Assembly (NCBI RefSeq): GCF_006345805.1 | Contig: NC_043006.1 | Span: 74,710,001-74,774,000 of the forward strand | Source of the DNA: Octopus sinensis | Taxonomy: Eukaryota | DNA: 64,000 bases | Direction: 5' to 3' | Shown here: one piece after another, positions 14,346-26,810 of the stretch | Layout of the letters: each line of letters begins with the position of its first letter | Numbering within the stretch: position 1 is the first letter of the stretch | Translations under genes and position numbers: made by a program | The notes under the pieces: model-generated | The model's input: the letters and a program-made list of their open reading frames with translations, nothing else | The model's database searches: none | Told to the model about the DNA's origin: nothing

Positions 14346-14448
14346 GGTTCCTTGTATTTCCTGATGAGAAGACGGCATGATGCAACCTTCATTCCTTCGG
14401 AATTAACAATATGCTGTCTTCGAAACATATGTCGAAAGTAAAGGAATT
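14346..14448 (+). ncRNA. Type I hammerhead ribozyme, intact core, long stem II
   Basis: CTGATGA 14361-67; stem II GAAGACGGCAT/ATGCTGTCTTC; GAAA 14422-25; palindromic stem III ACATATGT; GUC cleavage triplet ending 14433; stem I TTCCTT..TTTC/GAAA..AAGGAA. Confidence 0.85.
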
Positions 14449-14584
14449 TTGATAAAATCTTCGTTCGACTCCATTCTTTTCATTTATTTATATATATATA
14501 CATATATATATACATATATATATATATACATATATATATACTATATATATATATATACATATATATATACATATATATATATAC

Positions 14585-14615
<31 letters not shown>

Positions 14616-14689
14616 CATATATATATTATATATTATATAATATAATATATATATTATATACATATATATAATATACATATATATATTAA

Positions 14690-14850
14690 AATTTTTTTAT
14701 GTATTGATTAAGTCTTTCCTTGTTTGATTGCAAAATAGTGGTTTTGTCTCTAATTAATATTATATAATATTTTACTATAAAATTGGATTCAATCCTAAAT
14801 CTGATTTTTCCCTGTAAATTTGGATTTATTCCCTAATATTTATTATTATA
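14690..14850 (+). repeat. AT-rich interspersed repeat, probably PLE terminal (pLTR) sequence; second copy at 27047-27190
   Basis: Near-identical GATTAAGTCTTTCCTTGTTTG...GGATTTATTCCCTAATATTTATTAT at both loci. The PLE assignment is inferred from context only. Confidence 0.55.
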
Positions 14851-14991
14851 CATATATATATATAATATATATATATATATATAATATATATATATATAGA
14901 TATACATATATATATATATATATATATACATATATATATACATACACATACACAGGTACATACATACACGACACACACGCATACATACATA

Positions 14992-15031
<40 letters not shown>

Positions 15032-15052
15032 GTTGTGTGGGTGTATGTATGT

Positions 15053-15084
<32 letters not shown>

Positions 15085-15087
<3 letters not shown>

Positions 15088-15922
15088 CAGGAATCTGGAA
15101 CCAGGTTATTGCTCGGAGGTCCTATTCCAGAGTGGAAGGGGTGAAGCTTCACGCATTTTGGTAAAATCCTGTCCAGGATCTTCTGCTGACGGATCCGATG
15201 TCAGACTGGTTGGGTAATCAAACGGACCGACGGTTTATTTTCGAAATGGTCTTTGTGGTCCTTCAGGGTGAAGTGTGGGGACTTCACCCTCAGGGGTTCG
15301 GTTCGGTCATCGATTTTAAGGGAGGTGGCAATCACTTTCCGGCTAATTGGTTTCAGTTAGCGCTGCGTCGTTACTTCTTGTACTTAGCTGTGATGGCGTT
15401 ATCGGCTAGTCTGTGTAGGTATCGGAGTCACCGCGTAAATATTTTTGTCTTGTCCGAAGGGACAAGACAAAAATAATTTACGCGTGACTCCGGATACCTA
15501 CAACAGACTAGCCGATAAGCCATCACAGCTAAGTACAAGAAAGTAGACGACGCAGCGCTAACTGAAACCAATTTAGCGGGAAAGTGATTGCCACCTCCCT
15601 TTAAAAATCGATGACCGACCGAACACCTGAGGGTGAAGTCCCCACACTTCACCCCTGAAGGACCACAAAGACCATTTCGAAAATAAACCGTTCGGTCCGT
15701 TTGATTAACCCAACCAAGTCTGAATCGGATCCGTCAGCAAGAAGATCCTGGACAGGATTTTACCAAAAAATGCGTGAAGCTTCACCCCTCCACTCTGGAA
15801 TAGGACCTCCGAGGCAATAACCTGGTTCCAGGATTTACCTGATAGAAGCAACACCCGATTCCTACAACTGGATATCGAGGATTACTACGCCTCCATATCG
15901 GAGAGCTTGCTGATCGACGCGA
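15085..15922. mobile_element. Penelope-like element RT fragment arranged as a fold-back inverted repeat
   Basis: Arms 15085-15455 and 15460-15844, loop GAAG. Combining the arms gives DKTK..Y...KYKK...[35 protein letters not shown]...WFQDLPDRSNTRFLQLDIEDYYASISESLL, which resembles PLE RT motifs. Confidence 0.8.
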
Positions 15923-15960
15923 TATATATATATTATATATATATATATATATGTATCTGG

Positions 15961-16030
15961 CGTATTTGCCGCTGAAGAGGGGAAAATTCTTATTAATTAA
16001 CCCCGAAATTGGACCAATACGGTATAAACG
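15961..16030 (+). ncRNA. Type I hammerhead ribozyme, intact core
   Basis: CTGAAGA 15972-78; stem II GGGG/CCCC; GAAA 16005-08; stem III ATTGG-A-CCAAT; AUA triplet ending 16019; stem I TGCCG/CGGTA with extension. Confidence 0.85.
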
Positions 16031-16250
16031 ATTTTTAGAAATTATATCGGTTTATTTCGAGAAGGATAATTATAATGGTTATGAAAGTTTTGTCTTTTTT
16101 TCGGCTATATGGCATTAGAATTTTTCTTTTGCCCTATCTGTAAATTATTTATAAATTTAACTTTAAATGTATTTTTTGATATGTGGCCATGATAAAAAAT
16201 TTTTTTCCTGAAAAAATGTTATCTATATTAGTTATATATGTATATATATG

Positions 16251-16285
<35 letters not shown>

Positions 16286-16517
16286 GTATATATGTTATAT
16301 ACTATATATTATATATATATTATATATATATATGTATATATGTGTATATATTTATATATATTATATATGTATATATGTGTAATATAATTTATATATATAT
16401 ATGTATATATGTGTAGATATATATATATATATATATAATATTATATATTTAGTATATATGTATATATATATATGTATATATGTGTATATATATATATATA
16501 TATATGTATTATGTGTA

Positions 16518-16573
<56 letters not shown>

Positions 16574-16761
16574 GTTATATATATATATATGTATATAGTG
16601 TATATATAATATATATATATATATAGTATATATATATATATAATATATATATATATGTATATATATATTATATATATATATATTATAGATATGTAGGTCC
16701 CGGGTTGATCCGGGGTTAACCACAGTAAGTAAGGTACTCAATACATAGAGAGTAAAATTAA

Positions 16762-16889
16762 TTTATTATATAGAAGGAGCTTCTACAGGACTAGTACTGT
16801 TTCATTCAAGAGAAATCTTCAGGAAGCTTCCTGAAGATTTCTCTGAATGAAACAGTACTAGTCTGTAGAAGCTCCTTCTATATAATAAA
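16762..16889. ncRNA. 128-bp palindrome with a hammerhead-like fold on each strand
   Basis: Arms TTTATTATATAGAAGGAGCTTCTACAGGACTAGTACTGTTTCATTCAAGAGAAATCTTCAGGAAG and its reverse complement (two 1-nt deletions). Each reads AGCTTC-CTGAAGA-TTTC(TCTT)GAAT-GAAA-CAG...CTGTA-GAAGCT. Positions 10.1/11.1 are U-U, which is non-canonical. Confidence 0.65.
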
Positions 16890-16911
16890 AAATATATATT
16901 ATATATATATG

Positions 16912-16942
<31 letters not shown>

Positions 16943-17087
16943 TTATATATATTATATGATATATATGTAATGTAATATATATATATAGAGTATATATATA
17001 TGTATATATGTATATATGTATATATATATGTATATATATAGTATATATGTATATGTATATATGTATATATATATATGTATATATATA

Positions 17088-17464
17088 TACTAGCAGTGTA
17101 TCGCCCGGCGTGCTCAAGTTGTAAGGGAAATAACTATAAAGCATTTTTAGAGAGTTATAGCCGAAAAAAAATAGCAAAAAAATGGAAAAAAATGATGGTA
17201 AATTATTTTGAGAGTTAAAAAGGTGGAGTTGCGTCCCCTAGACGGTCTGTGGTTTGGGTTCTGATTCTCGACCCCATGTCGAATTTATCGATTTTTTTCA
17301 GAACTGGGAGAACTTTTCAAAATTTTCGCTCGCGTTAGTTTGAATTATGACATGGGCTATGTGTGTGTCAAGTTTCATCAGAATCGGTTGAAAGCCGTGG
17401 TCAGAGTGAGGGTACGAGAAAACAGACACACAGAGAAAACGCACAGACAAACTGCCGTTTATAT

Positions 17465-17469
<5 letters not shown>
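17088..17469 (+). mobile_element. Non-autonomous Helentron/DINE-like element inserted in (TA)n
   Basis: Starts TACTAGCAGTGTATCGCCCGGCG; contains AAGTTTCATCAGAATCGG and a GACA-rich tract; ends TTTATATAGAT. Confidence 0.55.
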
Positions 17470-17500
<31 letters not shown>

Positions 17501-17840
17501 GTGAAGGCGAATAAATCTTTTCCCGCATGATATGAATCTTAATGATTGTTAAAAGACTATGGTGAGCACCAGGTTTAACGAACCTAAGATTTAAGAGGGA
17601 CCTCACACAGAAGTGGATATCAAGATGGAGTAAAATGATGACCAGGGGTCACTTGAAGAATTACAGTCATAGACAATAGAGATAACGAATACTTCTAGAT
17701 AAAATAAGAGACAAACTTACGATAGAAAAAGCAAGACAAAATGTCAGTTTTGATTTATATATATACGCTTGATTTTTATATCGATTAACGAATTTTTGCT
17801 CTTTTCTTTTGTAACCTATATTTTTATCTTTTACTGCCAT

Positions 17841-17915
<75 letters not shown>

Positions 17916-20624
17916 AGAGTGAGAGTAATGTCTCGATATACGAGTTAATTTGTTCCCGGAGACCGCTTGTAAGGTGAAAAGTCGTAAAACAGAGTAATAA
18001 TCTCCCATAATAACAATGTTATATAAGAAATGAAAGGTTCCGCTTTCTAGTACTCCGGATTACACTTTCTGACCAACAGCAGGTAATCCGAGCCTGCTTT
18101 TTTTTTTTAAATATTCGCTGATCATCGGAAACGAGCAACTCAGAATATAGTAAATTGAAGCCTTTTAGTTATAACGCATAAAAGAAAACACTTCTACTGA
18201 CTCTCGTTATTTATTCCTTCTTATATAATCGTAATTCGTTACCAGAAAAATATCTTACGTATAAATTTATAATACTCGTAAATAAATGGCAGTAAAATGT
18301 AAAGAATATTTTAGGTCAAGTAAAAAGAATGTCAAGATCATTTATAATACAAAAATATTATCATAATCGTTTTCTGAATCACTTTAACTCGCACTAGACT
18401 CACTCACACCATCACTTGTAGACGTGATCGCTGATTCACAAGCACTCGTAGACGGGCTTGTAGATTTCTTTTTAATTAAGGATCCTTACCTCTAAACATT
18501 TCTTCATGTGTGATTTAGTTAGTGAGCGTATTCTTCTATAACAATCAAAATAACAGCAGCTGTCACAAACACAAATCATTCCAATTAGCTGATTTCTTCT
18601 TTATTTCATTTCAAATGTTCTTGTCGTCATCTTTTGCAATACCATATATTGTGCTGAACCTTATTTTGTTCACTCTATGTTGGGGGCGTATTTACAACCT
18701 TTACTTGTATATTCTTTGCTGAAGATCTGCTGAAGATCACAGTTGGAAGTCAATTGCAGCTGTATCAACGTCCGCATAGACAGTTAGATTTTCAATTAAG
18801 CACAACATATTTAGTAATTTGTTGAACACAAACCAACGATGGAGGCCTCTATGCAATCACCAGTACAGTTAGAAAGAACAGACAAATCTCCTTCAAACCA
18901 TGCCTTACGTCTTCAAAACATACGAACGACATTTTATAATATATTTCCCCCAGGTTTAAAAAGAAACAAGATGATCATCGTGGAACACTTTGATCCTAGT
19001 CCTGCTCGCTCAGAACTGGCCTATGGTTAAACAACAACGACTATTTGGACATTTGAAATAATGCAGAAACCATAAATACCGGCTACATATTGGAATGTCT
19101 ACACGCTGCCAGGATAATATTGTAGCAATGGTAATTTTCTATTAAGAATAGATCAAGTCTGATCTATGACTATACAAAACAACCTTTATTTTGTGTTAGA
19201 ATATGTTCAGCAAGCTGGCGGAGTCATTAGAAGGTCTGATAAAATGCTTTGTTATTTAGTTATAACTCTTTGCATTCTGAGTTCGAATTCCACTGAGGTC
19301 GGCTTTGCTTTTCATCCTTTTGTGGTCGATAAAATAAAGTACCATTAAAGTAATGGGGTTGATATTAAGTACCCTTTCCCTATTAAATTACTAACCTTGA
19401 ATCAAAAAATTTGAAACTATTAAGGCAGCGAGCTGTCAGAATCATTTGAGCGCCGGGCAAAATGCTAAGTATTTTTTTCTCCCGGCTATTTACGTTCGGA
19501 GTTGAAGACTCGCCGACGTTAACTTGGCTTCTCATCTTTTCGGGGTTGATAGAACCGGGACCCAAACAAGTACTTGGACCTCAATGTAATCGACTAACAC
19601 TCTCTCCATAAAATTTTTGACTTTGAGTCTAAATTACAATTATTAGCTAGTAGAAAGGCAGTATTGTTAGAACATTGCAAAAGAAAAGCACTGCTGTATT
19701 TCCCATGATCCTTTACGTCCAGATCTTATTGAAATCAATTTTCCTTTTATTTTTTTCGGGATCGATAAAATAAAGTAGCAAGGACTCGGATCGATGTAAT
19801 CGACTAAAAGCTATGTCCCAAAATTGCTTATTTTTTTCCTTTTATGCTAGTAATTTTGGGATAGGGACTTTAGATGATTGCAATGTAACCTGACTAAAAC
19901 TTCGGAACTTAAGATTATATCGTAATTTGTCTTAGTTTAAGGAAATCGATGTGGCTGATATCCAAATTAAAGTTCTGTAAACCAACAGGTGCAAGAAAAA
20001 CCATGGACGTCGTAAAAAATTCAAAAGGATTTTCTGTTCTAAAGGAGTATAATTGATTGACAATATTTTAGTGTGGAATCTGGGGGCAGTGACACTTTAA
20101 AGATAGCAAACGGATTAAGGAATCAGCTAGGTCTGGTGGGCTTGCATGAAGCCTGCCTGTAACAAAAATAATTGTCTTAGGTGTTGTTAATCCTACACAG
20201 CACCGGAAGGCCTGCAATGGCCAGTGGAAAAGCCCCATTTCGTCACTAATCCAATATACAAATATTACAAATTGAAATGAATAAGATGATTTTTGTTGTT
20301 TTTTTCCAGACCCTGTTCAGCATGATTGAGGTAACCTAGTCTCTGACTATTGCCGACAAGGAGTATGGGTACTTTGGAGTGTTCAGAGTTTCGATAACAC
20401 TTACACTTCTACCATCTACACTGAGATTACAGCTTGCAGTTTTCCCCTTAAGTACATAGATAATCTAGGAGGCTTTACATGTTAGAAGTTTTTATATTAT
20501 TTAACCTAGTGAGTTGGCAGAAACGTTCACACATCGCACGAAATACTGAGCAGAATTTCGTCCGTCTTTGGTTCTGAGTACTTTTAATATTTTTTCAATA
20601 GGGGTCAAGCTGGTACACATGGAT

Positions 20625-20736
20625 CCGAGTTCATTGTCACTACGTGGCACCTTGAGCAAGTGTGTTCTACTATAGCCTCGGGCCGACCAAAACCTTGTGA
20701 GTGGATTTGGTAAACGGAAACTGAAAGAAGCCCGTC

Positions 20737-20820
<84 letters not shown>

Positions 20821-21105
20821 GTTGTATATGTATGATGTATGTATGATGTATGTATGTATGTATGTATGTCGGTATGTATGTATGTATGTATGTATGTGTA
20901 TATGTTTGTATGTCTGTGTTTGTCACCCCAACATCGCTTGACAACCAATGGTGGTGTATTTGCGTCCCCTTAACTTAGCGGTTCGGCAAAAGAAACCGAT
21001 CGAATAAGTACTAGGCTTACAAAGAATAAGTCCTCGGGTCGATTTGTTCGACTAAAGGCGGTGCTCCAGCATTGCCGCTGTCAAATGACTGAAACAAGTA
21101 AAGTG
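20625..21105 (+). mobile_element. SINE family A, 5'-truncated
   Basis: Body and tail homology to the other A copies. Confidence 0.75.
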
Positions 21106-21900
21106 AGAGCGTCGGGCGAAATGCTTAGCAGTATTTCGTCTACCGTTATGGTCTGAATTCAAATTCCACCGAAGTCGACTTTACCTTTCGTCCTTTCTGG
21201 GTCGGTTAAATAAGTACCAGTTACGCACTGTGAGTCGATGTAATTGACTTAATTTCTTTTCTGTCATTGTTTGTACCCACTATGTTTAGCCCCTGTGGGC
21301 AATAAAGAAATAGCTAAATGTTTTCTATGTAAGGCGGCGAGCTGGCAGAAACGTTAAGCACGCCGGGTGAAATGCGTAGCCGTATTTCGTCTGCCGTTAC
21401 GTTCTGAGTTCAAATTCCGCCGAGGTTGACTTTGCCTTTCATCCTTTCGGGGTCGATAAATTAAGTACCGTTTGTCTGTCCTTGTTTGTCCTCTCTGTGT
21501 TTATCCCTTGTGGGTAGTAAAGAAATAGGTATTTCGTCAGTCTTTACGTTCTGAGTTCAAATTCCGCCGAGGTCAACTTTGCCTTCCATTCTTTCGGGTC
21601 GATTAAATAAGTACCAGTTACGCACTGGGGTCGATATAATCGACTTAATCCGTTTGTCTGTCCTTGTTTGTCCCCTCTATGTTTAGCCCCTTGTGGGCAG
21701 TAAAGAGATAAGAAATGTTAGCACGCCGGGCGTCTATCTTTATGTTCTGAGTCCAAATTCCGCTGAGGTCGACTTTGCCTTTCATCCTTTCGGAGTCGAT
21801 AAATTAACTACCGGTTGCGTATTAGAGTCAATCTAATCGACTGGCCCCCTCCCCCAAAATTTCGGGCCTTGTGCCTACAGTAGAAAAGACTATTTTTTTC
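21105..21900 (+). mobile_element. Tandem cluster of SINE family B units
   Basis: At least four repeats of GAGTTCAAATTCCGCCGAGGTCGACTTTGCCTTTCATCCTTTCGG. Confidence 0.8.
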
Positions 21901-21959
21901 GTTGTACTCCAATATTGTTTCTGTCTGTTGGCCAAATGTCATACCTATAACATCATTAA

Positions 21960-22649
21960 GTATTTGCTTTCTTTAATATGTCTCCTACACATAACATAAA
22001 TACTGTGGAGATTTTGTATGGTAAGTCCTAGCATTTTCTCTCTTCTGTGTATGTGGTTTCTTTATCCTCTGTGCGTCATAGATCTTCCTGAAGCGATGCT
22101 TCTAAATTATTAATGTCAGATTGAAGTTATTAAGCAGCTGTGTTGTGTCTGCAGAATAATTGCAATAGATGAGGTTAACTGCGCCTGCGCGTGATATTGT
22201 ATGTTCTGAGGTACAAGGAGGTCGTGTAGGCGTTGGTTAAAAAGAGTGGGGAGAAGGATCTTTGTGGAACTCCAATTAGGAAACTAAAGATTTTGTGCAG
22301 TCGCTGCATGATCTTGGCAACGTGACAGTTAGCAAACAATTCAGCGTTAGTTATTGTTACATAATGAATACTTTGGGCAAAAATGGATAGCAGAGATGAG
22401 ATTTACCGGAAAAGTCGATGGTAATTAAAATGACCATATAGTAAGTTCTCTGTTGTTAAAGTCGTCACCTATCCTCTGCTTTAGGTCTCAGAGTTTTGCG
22501 GTAGTTTGGTTTACTGCGAATCCATGTTGGGATTTTGAGAGGTTGGGGAGCAGGAAGTTTTAATGACGTCAAAGATGAGCCTTTGCTAAATCTGTCCAGG
22601 TGTACATTGGAGAGTGATGACTTTATACGGTGTTACCTCACCTGGGTTT
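21960..22649 (-). mobile_element. Heavily decayed non-LTR RT (CR1/Jockey/I-like) running into the assembly gap
   Basis: Stop-interrupted hand translation: SLLSNV, LSKSQHGF, IGDDFNN, ILLPTLFN. Confidence 0.5.
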
Positions 22650-22749
22650 NNNNNNNNNNNNNNNNNNNNNNNNNNNNNNNNNNNNNNNNNNNNNNNNNNN
22701 NNNNNNNNNNNNNNNNNNNNNNNNNNNNNNNNNNNNNNNNNNNNNNNNN
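22650..22749. other. Assembly gap (100 N)
   Basis: Run of N. Confidence 1.
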
Positions 22750-23499
22750 TCCCCCTTATGTTATATATATATTATTACTTAGTAAATAAGGTTCAGCAAA
22801 GATTTGCTTTACCACACGCCGAAGTTTAGAAATAGCAACCAAAAAACGTTAGCTATTTCTTCTACGTTAAAAAGGGACTCCCGTTTTCAAGTATTTTGGT
22901 TTTTTCTGGGAGTCCCTTTTTAAAGTAGAAGAAATAGCTAACGTTTTGTGGCTGCTATTTCTAAACTTCGGTATGTGGTAAAGCAAATCTTTGCTGAACC
23001 CTGTTTACTAAGTATTACTTAAGTTTACTATGAAATGGTCCTTTTTTTCATGCCGAATTCTACTTGGTGAAATTATTGATTACTTCTCAATTAATTAATT
23101 TTACCCTTTGTTATTATATATATTATATGTATTGTAAACACACATATGTATTATGCATATAGGCGGACACATGATACGCATACGCGTGCGTATATGTGGT
23201 TGAGAAGGAAGCAGACAGCAGAGACAGACAGACACATTGATATTAAATTATCACTAATGCGTATACATGTGCGTCTACCAGCGGATACGAAATATACCAG
23301 CGTATTTCCACGCACACACATACTTTGTATTGAAACATGTAACTACTATTAATACTGATACTAATATTATACATTCGTACTGTTGTGAGTTTATTTGACA
23401 TTTTTCTCCACTTCTTCGTAGACGTTGCTTCAAAATAAACATCTCTAAAACGTTACACAAATTTACCGTTTCCTGTATCAGCTACATACAAACATGTTC

Positions 23500-23706
23500 A
23501 CATATACACTCACACACGTGCTCGCTTGCACACACACACTCACTCATTCTCACACACACACGCACGCATATACACACGCACAAACACACACACGTGCACA
23601 TATTAGAGTTACCTAATCGTTAGACAATGAACAGAAAATAAACAGAACTTAAATTTTCTTACACCTCCAGACACACACGCGCGCGCATATGTGTAGTGTG
23701 TGTATA

Positions 23707-23767
<61 letters not shown>

Positions 23768-23978
23768 CACACACACAAACGCACATCGCGCATATATACA
23801 AACACGCACGTGCACACGCCACACGCCTTGTAGAAATGTCGCGTTCTTCAGCTTCTTCAAGCACCATCGCTATCACTATAACTGAATAGCTATGATATCT
23901 GTTACCATTTATACATACACACCTATATATATATACATACACACACACATGCATCAAATACATACATACATACATACA

Positions 23979-24028
<50 letters not shown>

Positions 24029-24062
24029 CACACACCACACACTACACACATACATATAAACC

Positions 24063-24100
<38 letters not shown>

Positions 24101-24260
24101 CATATATAATATATATATACACACACACACATACACACATACCATATAACATATATATATATATATAATATATATATATATATAAGTATATATATATATA
24201 ATATATAAAAAACAATATATATATATATTATATACACATACACACATACATATAAACATT

Positions 24261-24293
<33 letters not shown>

Positions 24294-24482
24294 TATAATA
24301 TATATATATATTATATATATATAATATACAGATACAACTTGTATGTATGTATGTATGTATGTATGTATGTATGTATGCATGTATGTATGTATGTGTGTAT
24401 GTATGCATGTATGTATGTGTGTGTGTATGTATGTATGTATGTATGTCTGTATGTCTGTCTGTATGTATGTATGTATGTATGT
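23500..24482. repeat. Compound microsatellite field (CA)n/(TA)n/(TACA)n/(TGTA)n; similar fields at 950-1260, 13100-13530, 14480-15085 and 16230-17090
   Basis: Directly visible short tandem repeats. Confidence 0.9.
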
Positions 24483-24809
24483 ATGAGACGACATACTTAT
24501 TGTTTATTCCTCAATCACCAGAATCTACCACATTTCATTTCCGCAAAGTAACCAATAGACAGCACAATAATTCCACCTAGCCGTCACTCGCGAGCGAGAA
24601 TTGCCTGGCAGCTTATACCATGCTTTCGCAAACTTCTGCAGGTGCCTATGTAGTCGTGGGTAGGTATAGACTTCCTTGATCTAACCCATAGATCCATCCT
24701 TGATCTAACCCAGTGGTTAGTCCATATGGTCCCTGAAGGTCCATATAAGATTTGGGGTTGGGGTCCACGCAGCAAAATAGTAAATTGAGGACCCACAATA
24801 GCATTTTAA

Positions 24810-25665
24810 CCCTTATATACTCTTTACTCTCTTTTACACTTTTACTTGTTTCAGTCATTTGACTGTGGCTATGCTGGAGCACCGCCTTTAGTTGAGCAAA
24901 TCGACCCCAGGACTTACTCTTTGTAAGCCTAGTATTTATTTTATCGGTCTCTTTTGCTGAACTGCTAAGTTACGGGGACGTAAACACACCAGCATCGGTT
25001 GTCATGCGATGTTGGGGGGACAAACACAGACACACAACACACACACACACACACACACATACTTATATACGACGGCCTTCTTTCAGTTTCCATCTACCAA
25101 ACCACCAAATCTACCAGCTAATTTCATGATCACGTTCCGTTGATCGGATCAACTGAAATCCTCGTCGTCGTAATCGACGGAGTGTCTGCGTGGTAAGAAG
25201 CTTACATCCTAACCACATGGTTCCGGGTTCAATCCTACTGCGTGGCACCTTGGGCAAATGACTTCTACTATAGCCTCGAGCCGACCAAAGCCTTGTGAGT
25301 GGATTTGGTAGACGAAAACTGAAAGAAGCCCGTCGTATATATATATATATATAATATATATATATATATATTATATATATATATATATTATATATATATA
25401 TATATACATCCATGTATGCATGTATGTATGTATGTATGTATGTATGTATGTATGCATGTATGTATGTATGTATTTGTTTGTCTGTGTTTGTCTCCCCACC
25501 ATCACTTGACAGCTAATGTTGGTGTGTTTACGTCCCTGTAACTAGCGGTTCGGCAAAAGAAACCGATAGAATAAGTAATAAGCATACAAAAAATAAGTCC
25601 TGGGGTCAATTTGTTCGACTAAAGGTCGTGCTCCGGCATGGCCGAAGTCAAATGACTAAAAGAAT
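24810..25665. mobile_element. Two opposed family A SINE pieces (minus-strand 3' part at about 24810-25100, plus-strand copy at about 25180-25665)
   Basis: Reverse-complement tail CTCTTTTAC...GAAACAAG followed by a forward copy. Confidence 0.7.
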
Positions 25666-26122
25666 ATATATATATATATATATTAATCCCGTATAGGACG
25701 CCACACTTGGTTTGGCAATTATACATAAAAAAAAAGTTTTGTTTTATATGGAGGGAAATACGAATTCACTTGTCTTTATAAATGTGGATATGCTGGTTGG
25801 CCTTTATATCTTTCGATGTCGCTTGATCGAAAATATAAAAGGTAAGTTTTCCTAGTATTTCTATATTTATGGGAAATATTATGTTGATAAGGAAATGAAC
25901 CTTACGATTCTAATCCAGAAACGTACGCCCATAGTTAATCCGAAGACTGTGTGATTTCATTGTTTTTCTTCTTTTTTTGCCATATGTGAGTTACAAATAT
26001 TGTTGTCTGTGGAGACTTATTTTTGTAGTAAAAGGAAATAGTAGTCTGTTGGCTGCTATTTCTAATATTTTCGGTATGTGGTTTAAGCAACTTGTTGCAA
26101 AAAACCCTTATTATATATGGAA

Positions 26123-26505
26123 TGGAAGCACTCCGTCAGTTACGACGACGAGGGTTCCGGTTGATCCGAATCAACGGAACAGTCTGCTCGTGAAATTAAC
26201 GTGTAAGTGGCTGAGCACTCCACAGACACGTGTACCCTTAACGTAGTTCTCAGGGATATTCAGCGTGACACAGAGAGTGACAAGGCCGGCCCTTTGAAAT
26301 ACAGGTACGACAGAAACAGGAAGTAAGAGTGAGAGAAAGTTGTGGTGAAAGAGTACAGCAGGGATCACCACTATCCCCTGCCGGAGCCTCGAGGAACTTT
26401 AGGTGTTTTCGCTCAATAAACACTCACAACGCCCGGTCTGGGAATCGAAACCGCGATCCTATGACCGCGAGTCCGCTGCTCTAACCACTGGGCCATTGCG
26501 CCTCC
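26123..26505 (-). mobile_element. tRNA-derived SINE family D1; second copy at 10444-10752
   Basis: Minus-strand head GGAGGCGCAATGGCCCAGTGGTTAG...GGTTTCGATTCCC; body and tail shared with the 10444 copy. Confidence 0.8.
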
Positions 26506-26523
26506 ATCCTTATTATATATATA

Positions 26524-26764
26524 CAAGGGGGTGCCGAAAAGTTCCTGGCTTTGTGCAAAAGGAAATACAGGAGGATCAATCAGTTAAATACGATTTTATT
26601 CAACGTATTCCTCTCTCAAATTCACGCACTTGTTGCAGCGGTCCTTTAGCTTTGTTTGTTTTTTTTCGGTTTTTTTAAGCCCTGTCAAAGAACGCGGAAG
26701 GTTGGGCTTCATAGTAGGCCTTTTGCGATGCCCTTAAAGCCAGGAACTTTTCAGCACTCCCTCC
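26524..26764. mobile_element. Mariner-like MITE
   Basis: TIRs of about 28 bp, AGGGGGTGCCGAAAAGTTCCTGGCTTT / AAAGCCAGGAACTTTTCAGCACTCCCTC; TA on the left. Confidence 0.75.
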
Positions 26765-26770
26765 TCTGTT

Positions 26771-26810
<40 letters not shown>

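Noticed and set aside
18110-18150. CTGATCA..GGAAACGAGCAACTC hammerhead-like motif
   Set aside because: G8 is missing, there is no stem II, and 15.2/16.2 is mismatched.
22535-22829. ORFs spanning the N run
   Set aside because: Artefacts of translating the gap.
26430-26505. tRNA-like sequence (also 10680-10752 and the family A and B heads)
   Set aside because: A and B boxes are present, but there is no convincing acceptor or anticodon stem and the sequence continues into SINE bodies.
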